A DNA stretch of 64,000 nucleotides from Phoronis australis (Eukaryota > Animalia > Phoronida), in contig NMRA01000173.1 of assembly GCA_002633005.1 (NCBI GenBank), forward strand, positions 278,534-342,533, given 5' to 3'. Shown one piece after another: positions 1 through 9,811 of this stretch (its first letter is position 1; every line of letters begins with the position of its first letter). The notes under the pieces are model-generated. The model made no database searches. It was not told the origin of the DNA and saw only the letters and a program-made list of their open reading frames with translations. The position numbers and the translations under genes are program-made.

Positions 1-1113
1 TCTGTGTAAGTTACCGCCGTCTCTATGTTGCACTTCGGGAGGATATCAAAATGTCAGAAATGGCCGAAAAGCATTGCAATACAATCTGAGGACTTAGTCA
101 TTTATTTCTTCTAAAGTATCACACTGCATCAAACTATTATGATCCTTACCTATGCTAAGTGTACTTGTCTTTTGAACCAAGTTATGATCATGAAAAAACA
201 GTGAACACAATATTGTTAATTAAGAAGGAAGCAAGTCTTGTTCAGTCGAGCCAAGAGATTGCCTACACCACGTGACCTAATGGGCGGAGCTTTGCCATAT
301 TTGAAACGACAATGTGTTGTCAGTCATTCACTGTTGTGTTATAACTAGAACTTGTTGGAGGAGTCTGTAGAAAGCATTTTCCAACCGTGTGTCCACCCAA
401 GAAATTCAGGACGTCGATAGCCGAGCACCGGACTTGCTTGAAAGAAGAGTGCGAGAAAGCAATGCGAGAGCTTGTAGATACGATGTCAGAGCCTGAATGA
501 GAATTTTGTGAATCACATGTAAATACATCGTCTCTGGCGTCAACAATAAAAAAGTCAAAAATCACTGCCTAGTCTGTGATGTGGCTTACCTGAACCTAGT
601 ATACAAGATGTGGCTTACCTGAACCTAGACTACAAGATGTGGCTTACCTGAACCTAGAATACAAGATGTGGCTTACCTGAACCTAGAATACAAAAACATG
701 CATTCATCCTCCTTTGTTATCGTTGTTCAAATTACAAAATACTCTGTGAAATATGAAATGAAACATATAGTCCTTTTTTAATTCACACGATTTTAACGCA
801 TTCCTGGACCCACTTCTTCACATGTAAATTAAGCCAGTTGCTGTGCAGCAGTGTACTCGTCTGGACATTCTGTTTAAATCAGGTCACTGTTTCTGTTACT
901 ATGCCACCGAGTTCACTTAGATAAGCTCCGCCCACGAGGTCACGTGATCAGAATCACTTGTAAACAAACTCCATGTGTATTTGGTGTCGAAGGTATTGGT
1001 AAATAGCACTAGATATTTTCATGGTGTTTAGATCATCTGAAAGGGGACATTTTGCTTATAAAAGTGAAAATACCATTTAATTTCGAATATACCACCGAAG
1101 GTAGGCAGTGACA
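1..1113 (+). mobile_element. Degenerate Kolobok-like non-autonomous element with THAP remnant (left end not seen, possibly outside window)
   Basis: Internal inverted repeat cacgtgacctaatgggcggagctt (269-292) / aagctccgcccacgaggtcacgtg (923-946). THAP-like scraps KRQCVV (304-321) and VCRKHFP (363-383) lie in different frames. Candidate right end ...ggcagtgaca followed by TTAA at 1114-1117. Confidence 0.4.
578..693. repeat. 29-bp minisatellite, 4 copies
   Basis: Unit gatgtggcttacctgaacctag(a/t)(a/c)tacaa. Confidence 0.95.
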
Positions 1114-2612
1114 TTAAGACACCAAAACTTTTATGATAAGGACATTAAGCCATGAGCTCTTGTGGGATTGCAAAGGGGTTGTTGCACAACAAGGTTCCCA
1201 TCAATGAGCTCCCATATTGCAATTTTCAACTACAAGATGGCGGACAGGTGAAATTTTATTTTATCAAATTTGTCAACAAAAATAACTCTTGGTGAAAAGT
1301 TGCTTTGGTCTTGGTATGGTTTGTATGGCATAGTTATTACCAAACAACACGTGGTAAAAGTTTCAGCGTTTACAACCACCTGTTGGCCACATCATGTCAC
1401 CTAATGAATACAAAACAAACTTAAAAATTTTCATGAAATTGTATTTTAAGTTTCCCAAATCACAATAATGATACAGAAATTTTAGTTTTGATTAACTTAA
1501 TGTCATAAAAACATATTTTAGTAAAACACGGAAAAATGACAATTTTGGCAATTATTGTTTTATAATAGAAATTATGGCTTTAAGTTGAAATGTGAGATCC
1601 AGTGAGACTTCAACAATTGGTACATTGCAGTTTATGTACTTAAAATATAAAAGTAATCTGCAGGAATATGATTTATTTATATCTGTAAAAAACATATTTT
1701 CAAGACTCATGGTCATTTGTCTGGGCACTTGTTGATAATATCAACACAGTTTCCTGGTAGTTGCTTCATAAAGAGATTGTATAACCTAAAATGATCAGAG
1801 ACTGCATGCAAGAAATGACAATATTCAATTTAAGGTTTATTTCACTTTATCCTCATTTTTCTCAAACCATCCATACATTTCAGTGTTAAATGCTTCGTTT
1901 CTACAGTGGCCAACAAAAATCGACCTTATGCACAGACAAGAGTGAAGAATCATTGAAACATTTATGCATGCTCTTCACTTATAAAGATATGACAAACCTA
2001 TTTGTTAACTAGTGTATTATTCTGAGTGCTCACAACTTGAGCATTGAGCAACATTGGGCAGTGACTCGCTAATTACTTAGAAATAGTATTTGTACAATTA
2101 TAAACTCGTAACAGCTCACAAGAAACTCACTTTTGTTGTCCAATAGTCCTGTTCTTGGAGCCTATCCAGTTGAGCTCATTTCCATGACAAAAGTCAACTG
2201 CCCAAAGATGATCTGTCGAGTGTATATACAGCTAATTTTCCATTAAGCGAAAATAGTTTTGCTAACAGATTTGTAATCTGCAGTTTGCACTAAATAAAGT
2301 GTGATCTAGGTGAAGTGAATGGAATATAATGTTGCTAAGGCACATCTAGTTTATACCTCTTCAAATAAGAATTGCCCTTATAAGTAACACTAAAACTGTC
2401 AAAATAAAAGCTATGTGAAACCTTTCAGATTCATTCAACTCAAAAGATTCTCCACTGGAATTGAAGGTATATGATAGTTACCATGACAACCAACTCACCA
2501 GAGGCATACTGAGTGTAGCATTTAGAACAGACCGGAAACACTTGCCTGACCAAGACTGATCTAATATAACATACTACTAACAACACATTTTACTGTATGT
2601 ACAAATCAGAAT

Positions 2613-5600
2613 TTACATCTTTTTCTTTTGTATAAATTTTTTCACACGTAAACAAGCAAGTATTAATAAAATGGCATTGACAATGTATGTAGACACACAA
2701 ACGATGCAAAAGTCATTAAGTACAAAATATAAAATATATGCCAAGTATAGTGACCCAAAATTTGCAAAGATGGTTGTTGCCAGGGAAACTACAGCGTTTT
2801 CTTCTGTTTCTTTATAAGCTGCAAATAAAAGAATTACTGAAGATAGTACCAAGGAGTGTAGTACTAGTACACTCCTTGATCGTACCAAGGAGTGTACTAG
2901 TACTACACTCCTTGGTACTATCAAGGAGTGTAGTACTAGAACACTCCTTGATAGTACCAAGGAGTGTAGTACTAGTACACTCTTCGATAGTACTTTTAAG
3001 TCAACAATGTTGTACGTGCACTTATCACAAATCCAAGGTTTTGATTCACTACATTCCAACAACTAACATCAGCAGATGAATGCAAAGTGAGTAGCAGGGA
3101 AGGAACGATGAAAAGTGATTACAGGGCAGGAATTTGAAATTACCGTAATCGTTCGAGTTAACGCCCTGGGCGGTTAAATTGGCGAACCCAAAAAATCGGG
3201 GGAGGGCGCTTAACCGAGCAGGGGGCGGTTAAATCGAAAATCCACTTAAAGTCGGGGATGGGCGGTTAACTGAGCATGGGCGTTAACCCGAACGATTACG
3301 GTACTTGCAACCACAGTATTACTGTGGAACTGATGGTTCTACATTGACAACTATTTTGTTGCAACTAAAATTAATAGAGTATTTAATAAGCAGCAGATTT
3401 TGCAACAAGCATATTGTTTTTGTGACTGGTAACTTTTTGTCTAATGAATGACATATTTTGTAAACATTGTTTCTAATTTTTTTTCAAAAAGAAAAGAAAA
3501 CAAAGTTTTAAAAATGTGTCCTAAAAACAATAAGTTGGTTAAAGTAATTTATTTAGCAAAAGCAAACAATTTTAATACACTTTCTATATCCCAATGTATG
3601 AGAGTTGAGGGTGGAAACAGGAATTGAACTGAAAATTCTCTGACCCAGCAACAAAAGATGTCAAACAATTTGTGGTGACCAAACCTGGAAGTCTCTCAGA
3701 CCCACACTGCTGATGGAATGGGCAAGAAATAAAAAGAGATCTTTCTAGTTTTACAACATGTGTACAAACTATCCCTTCTCATATTGAAAGTGATTAAGGA
3801 AAACCAGCTGAGGAGCTGCATCCTTTGTTGTGGCCTTACTGAGGTGCTAATGGTGTTGAACTGGACCAAAAATAGAAAATAATCCTCCTCCCTGTCTACT
3901 AATAACATGTGAATGAAATGATCCCATAAAGACACTTCAAAAGTGATCAACAAAGAGCTGTTCAATTGAACTATTGTGCTCCAATTATCCACAAGGACCA
4001 TTTTGCTATCAGAAAAGATCGAACTAAGAACAGCATAACCATAGGAACTAAATGCATACTAGCTGAAACAGGAATGTTCCCACAGGAAATACCTTGTTGT
4101 AAAAAGTCTTAAAAACATTGAAGTAATTTTAAAATTAACTCGTACTGCCCCCTTTACTATATTGCCTGTGATCAAATTGATCAAAAGATGACTGTCAATA
4201 AGAGGTACCGGTAGGCCTACTAATATCTCAAGAGGTACTAACAGTCACAAGCTCCAACAAGTTCTCGAGATATCACCAGAATGTGGTACATCCAAACGAC
4301 TGGTCACTCATTAAACATATAAAAATGGTTGTGGGGACATAAAAAACAAGGCTGGCCATTTTCCATTTTCGATCAAGGGGTTCATTGTTTAACCTGTCTG
4401 CTTTCATAAAATGTATACCTTAACATAGATAAAACTACTAGTAGTCTTGTAGCCATTTGACTAAATACTCAGACCTGTCAATAAGTTCCTACATTTATTA
4501 CAGGGATATACCGGTACTTAGCCACTCGCCCAGTCGCCAATGCAAGTAAAAATGGTGCTTGCCGAGTAGAAGTTGACTTGCCGGTTGCCCAGGTGGCGAG
4601 CAAATTTTCAGAGCGCAAAAGAACTATATCGTTTCCCAGATGAACATGAATAAATTTTCTCCTTGTGCTGTTTTTATCATGATTTTAAAGTTCAGTTTGG
4701 TCAGCATGTTGATGCTCCGGCAGTAAAGAACACCGGCGCAGTGCAATCCTACCGATTCAGTAGATGTCACCCGTTACGCGATTTTTCTAGACAAAAGACC
4801 AGAGTGTGGTCGTGCTCAAAGGAATTTGTGGACCAGTTAGAAACGAAGAAAAGGAGAAAAGGCAGAAGACCGGTCCATGTGCTCACAGAAATAAAGTGAA
4901 ATATATTTCTTGGAACTGGTTTTTTACTGTAATGTACAATGTCATTTTAGCCAAAATTATTTCATAAATAATAACATTCGTCCCAATAAGCGCCCATTCC
5001 CCTGTGAGTGACCCGCACTCGTTTTCAAACTTCGCTAAAATAAGCGCCCAGTCCATGAACATGTACATATGCGAAAAATGCCTTACCTACAGTTCTAAAA
5101 TTCTACAGTAATGTCTTCAATTTATCAATAAAATCCGACAGTCCAGAAAAATCATTGTGTGCGGAATTTCTAGACCACGAGCCTCGCCGCTATGTCGGTG
5201 TTTAGCCGTGGCTGTACACATCAAACTTCCGTAGTGCTTCAAAAAGAATGCAAAAGTTTTGGTGATCTTGTGAGAAACGTGTCCCACCATGGTCAGGCCT
5301 TTCAGAACAGACGCAGCGTACTGGTCAATGGGATTGTAGTGTATCTTTCCCGTACAGATCTCCCTCAACAGGAATCCAGAGTACTTTGTACACGTAGAAA
5401 CCGTCGCGAGTCGAAACTTGACCAGTGTTAATGAGTGTGTGGCCAAGAAGCACGCGCTAGGGCCTACATATATGTGGGCCTGCTATTCTGGCAAATGAAC
5501 TCTGATGACATGCATGCGACCGCTTACTCGGCACACACCTGAAGACTAACTTCAAAACAAATGTCACGTGACAACAACATGTGCGTTTGTCCAGATTTTT

Positions 5601-6389
5601 CTCATGTTGCGGGGTGCGATCTAGCGAAGATTTGGACTTAATCTGCGGTTGATCTCGACTACACAGGAAATCAAAAATCTTAGGGACGCTATTTGGAAAA
5701 CTTAAGGAGAATTTCAGGTAATTTGGCGAGTGGAAACTATACTTATACTCAAGAATTCAAGTTGCGCTATCGAGGATTGCGTGCAGCGACGTTTCAGTCG
5801 GCAAGTTTTCGACCTGGGATTTCAGCACACTTTTTTTTAAAGATCATAATTTAACATCAAAGTTTGATAGTATTGCACCACAATTTTGTAGAAAGTCTGT
5901 CATAGGTTACAGATACGTCACATCACGTAAATTTGATGAATCCTAGCTTCCGATTTCATCCGTTTCGGAGATCAGCTTTCAACTGCCTTAGGCTACAACA
6001 AACAAAACCGTATTTTTTTAGCACCATGTGCGCTTAATAGGGCGAATACAGTAGCCCTATAGATGGTGACATCAACGCACGAAACGATGATTTTTATTAA
6101 CTCCGGCAGCAAGTTTGTGGTGACAGACGCAAACGGCCAGGCGACTGAACTTTGGTCTAGCCGAGTAGATTTTCTGGCTCACTCGCCCAGCTGCGAGCAG
6201 GGTTTTGAAACCTGGGTATATCCCTGCATTAGTTTTGTGCACAAGAAGGATTGTTACAATAAATGAATACATTAAATACCAAGGTATATCTGGAGACTGT
6301 AAAATCCAAGTCCAAAGACACTGTTAGGTTGGTTCAAGAAATGATCCTTTCCCACAACATACTCCAAAAGTCCAAAGCCGCGGCCATAC
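2613..6389 (-). CDS. VKORC1: Vitamin K epoxide reductase (VKORC1/VKORC1L1 family), exons 2 and 3; exon 1 not found
   Basis: Exon 6389-6280 (110 nt, AG/GT bounded) encodes [36 protein letters not shown]. Exon 2818-2613 encodes ...[27 protein letters not shown]...KKKM* with the CIVC redox motif, the TY motif and a KKXX ER-retrieval tail. Phases are compatible (G|CT). Confidence 0.93.
2842..2993. repeat. Palindromic 36-bp-unit array, about 4 copies, one inverted
   Basis: Unit gatagtaccaaggagtgtagtactagtacactcctt. 2842-2878 and 2886-2922 are exact reverse complements. Confidence 0.92.
3143..3301. mobile_element. Tc1/mariner-type MITE, 159 bp
   Basis: TIR ccgtaatcgttcg(a/g)gttaacgccc at both ends, flanked by TA on both sides. 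Same termini as the element at 35526-37912. Confidence 0.88.
3600..4130 (-). mobile_element. Possible highly decayed LINE reverse-transcriptase fragment
   Basis: Minus-strand scrap GHNKGCSSS (about 3810-3836) resembles the RT QGCPLSP motif. No open frame; boundaries approximate. Confidence 0.3.
4501..6226. mobile_element. hAT-like non-autonomous element containing a nested insertion
   Basis: Perfect 12-bp TIR cagggatatacc / ggtatatccctg and shared subterminal motifs (cactcgcccag, gccgagtaga). Flanks tatta/catta could be a 5-bp TSD with one mismatch. Confidence 0.75.
4972..6051 (-). mobile_element. Nested degenerate Tc1/mariner-type element carrying a HIRAN-like pseudo-ORF (about 5117-5400)
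   Basis: Right end ...gcgcttaatagggcgaatacag|TA matches the left-end attcgtcccaataagcgccca. Translation [10 protein letters not shown]...[27 protein letters not shown]...GLEIP resembles a HIRAN-like domain. Confidence 0.6.
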
Positions 6390-7088
6390 CTGTAAATGGG
6401 AATAATAATGACCCATGATAATGCTTATAAACATGCAGTTTCACAGGTAAAACCAGTGTATGCTTGGACCATAGCTTCAGAAACATTCAGTAGCAAATAC
6501 AACACGTGTCTGGAGAGGCCCAAACAATATTCAATTGCTGTCAGAGTGTAGAACCAGTGTATGGTCTTGTAGAGAAATTTGCCTTGTCATCAAATCTGGA
6601 TAGAACTGGCTTAAGTCAGGCATGATTAAAATTAAATACCCCGGTAATAAGATTTTTGAACAAATTTTGCAATACATTTCTTCAAGATTGTACACTTGGC
6701 CCTTCAGGTGAGTCACATTTTATCTAATACACCAATTTCGTATAAAAATATGTGCCAAAATTACCCCACTTTCATTTTCAGTATCTAACATAGTCGTGAA
6801 TTTCCGAAATTTTTCGAAACATTTTCTGACGGTAGCTATGGTTCAGAACTTGAGCCTGGTAAAGAATTAATTTGATGCTACATATCTCATTAATTTGATG
6901 CTACATATTCTTTATGAAAGATGAGAGTTAAGTCTCACTTGTCGGCCATATTGTGCCCTACATTGGTGATGTTTGACCGTAACTACCATAAAATAAAGTT
7001 TACAGTGTAAAAAAATGTTGAGCAATTTAACAATGTAAGCAGTGCTTGACAAATGTGTAACTTTAGCATTGGCTTTATGCATGATGAG

Positions 7089-7630
7089 ATTCCACTTAAC
7101 ATTACTTTGCCACTTCATATTCCACTTAACATTTCTTTGTGACTTCATATTCCACTTAAAATATCTTTGTGACTTCATATTCCACTTAACATATCTTTGT
7201 GACTTTATATTCCACTTAACAAATCTTTGTGACTTCATATTTCACTTAACATTTCTTTGTGACTTCATATTTCACTTAACATATCTTTGTGACTTCATAT
7301 TCCACTTAATATATCTTTGTGACTTCATATTTCACTAAACATTACTTTTTGACTTCATATTCCACTTAACATATCTTTGTGACTTCATATTACACTTAAC
7401 ATTACTTTGTGACTTCATATTCCACTTAACATTTCTTTGTGACTTCATATTCCACTTAACATTACTTTGTGACTTCATATTCCACTTATTATATCTTTGT
7501 GACTTGATATTCCACTTAACATTTCTTTGTGACTTCATATTACACTTAACATTTCTTTGTGACTTCATATTACACTTAACATTTCTTTGTGACTTCATAT
7601 TCCACTTAACATTTCTTTGTGACTTTATAT
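7089..7630. repeat. 30-bp minisatellite, about 18 copies
   Basis: Unit gacttcatattccacttaacatttctttgt. Explains ORFs 6912-7238, 7042-7338 and 7335-7676. Confidence 0.97.
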
Positions 7631-7678
7631 AGAAATGTAAAGGTGAGAATTGATCACATTTGTTTTTGTCCAACATAT

Positions 7679-7919
7679 GAGTACGGACTTTAAAATCAGC
7701 ACATATGTAAACAGTAACATATTAATCAACTTTTCAGTTTGTTGTCACTAACCCATTCTCATGTCAAACTGCTCTGTGACATTTACCTGTGCACACTGTT
7801 CTTCACCTGTGTTACCTGACTCAACTATTGTGAACAATTGTCTTGAGAATGGTTTAGAGAAAATAAACCGAAACGTCGATTAATATGTCATTGTTTACAT
7901 ATGCGCCGACTCGTACTCA
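7679..7919. mobile_element. Short inverted-repeat element, possibly a Penelope-like pLTR fragment
   Basis: About 55-bp imperfect inverted repeat (7679-7740 vs 7865-7919). Motif cttgagaat-ggttta-gagaaaa-taaacc-gaaacgtc at 7842-7877. Confidence 0.45.
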
Positions 7920-8816
7920 AGGTGAGAAACATTGACCAATCATGCATTTGCAATAGCTAGTGTAGAGAGTTTGTAACATTTAGCAGTAAATATAAGTTAT
8001 GCTCTCAGAAGGTGGAGCCGACATCATTCGTTCTCTTCATTATCATGGCAATTTAAATTAAACAACGATTGACCGAGGTAGAAGTCAGTCACTCTCAGGA
8101 ATGTCACATCCTTATGATTCGTAGATGGCACACATTTGTCTGTTAGGAAGATTGTGGTGACCATAAAGATGCTCCTTGTACACCCTTCATCAGCGTTTCC
8201 CATCTGGTGTCAACTTACATAGCTGCTACTTAATATTTACGGAACATGTTGAAAGTATTTTTGGCAGATCACTTTCAATTTTGGCATATTGGTAAAGAAA
8301 TCACTCTTTGGTTATCAGGTACAAGGGATGTAAGATTTAGACACTAGTCATCTCCAAATTTCCAAGCACGAGAAGTGATTTTAGAGAGGTGAATAACTGA
8401 AAAGTTTCCTGCATTGTAATGAGATACTAATTAGGCACAGTACAGTTACCTGGACAAAGTCAAATCAAGGTTAGTAGACAGCAATGAGCACCACTCATCA
8501 CATTAAACCAAATATAACATTGGCTGAACTTGCATGTCTTTGCTCGATCCACAGGGTCAGTTGGCTAAAGCACCTGATTGGTTCTCAATGATAACTTCCA
8601 GCTTACAGACCAATCAGTCACGTTAGTTGGTAGGCAATGACCATCGCCTCTGTTGGCCCGAACCAGAGGCGATGCAGAGGCTATATGCGCTCTGTACGCC
8701 GGAAGCTTTTCGGCGAATTATGCCTCGCACTGACTAAACCATCAAAGTCACGTTGTTATAAACACCTTTTGCGCATAGAGGAACACCTGAGGAGGTTGTC
8801 GATGTGTTGTGTTTAA

Positions 8817-9370
8817 TTCCTTCCAACTCGAACAAATACTCCCATTATCAAACCTTTTCTTCGAGCAGTCCCTATTTCAGTTCCCAAAATCGTGAACTCA
8901 CCATTTTTATACTGCGCACGCTCCAATTTTTACAGCGCTCGCTAGGTGATGTGACTTCATGACCTCAATCTTTAAATAGGCCAAAGGTGAGCCATTGCGG
9001 TCTTGTCAGTCAAATGTTCGTTTCCAAAATGCCACCACTTATACTTGTCTTTAATTGGCGTTACTTGAAACTGATTGTATTTAAATGAATTATTGTTTGT
9101 ATTTGATAAAAATAAATGCTGTTGATATGACATTTAATAGTATTTGTGCACATATTTGACATTTTAATGTTTAACAATGTGGCAAATGCACGGCTGGTTC
9201 CCGGCAGCACGTACGCGAAGGGCTTTCAAAGTTTGCCGGTAGGTCCGCAACTTCTGACCTTCGGCCTGGTTAAAAAATGAAAATGTTGATTTCACGATTT
9301 TGGGAACTGAAATAGGGACTGCTCGAAGAAAAAGTTTCATAACGGGAGTATTTGTTCGAGTTGGAAGGAN
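8817..9370. mobile_element. Non-autonomous element with about 80-bp terminal inverted repeats, superfamily unassigned
   Basis: 8817-8896 and 9291-9369 are near-perfect reverse complements. The right end abuts the single N at 9370. Confidence 0.8.
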
Positions 9371-9811
9371 TAACGGTTATTTGAAGTAGCCATCAAGTTT
9401 CCACTTCTCGCAAGATTTGGACCAATCACATGAAGGTGCTGAAGATGGTGCTCGACTCCAGTACGGTACACTTTTATAACTCATATTTGCCCTGAATTTA
9501 GCCGCCTCAAACAATTAAAAAGAAGACGATAACAGTGGACAAAAACAGGCTTTATACTGCGGTATAATTTGTAAAAATCATATTAACATTTAGAAATTGC
9601 TTTGAATTTTTTATAGTATGTATTCAAACAGTACTCATTGTCATTTATAGTAAACAGTTAATTGTAGCGTAGCGACACAGTTGTTTAAAAAAATAGGTCA
9701 TTCTTGGCGCACTAAGAAATGAGTCAGTCAACAGGCCAGTGAGTCAACAGCGCTTGTGCCAGGGATCAAGATTTTTGTTCCGTACCCTTCCCTGATTATT
9801 TCCAAGAATCT

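Noticed and set aside
2842-2993. Palindromic 36-bp repeats resembling CRISPR repeats
   Set aside because: No unique spacers, no cas genes, and located in a eukaryotic intron.
2819-3062. N-terminal part of the 149-aa ORF as VKOR coding sequence
   Set aside because: Lies upstream of the AG acceptor at 2819-2820 and reads through the palindromic repeat; the true upstream exon is 6389-6280.
8450-8505. Candidate VKOR exon 1 (CDEWCS...LSR|gt, minus strand)
   Set aside because: Cysteine spacing is wrong and an in-frame TAA lies immediately upstream.
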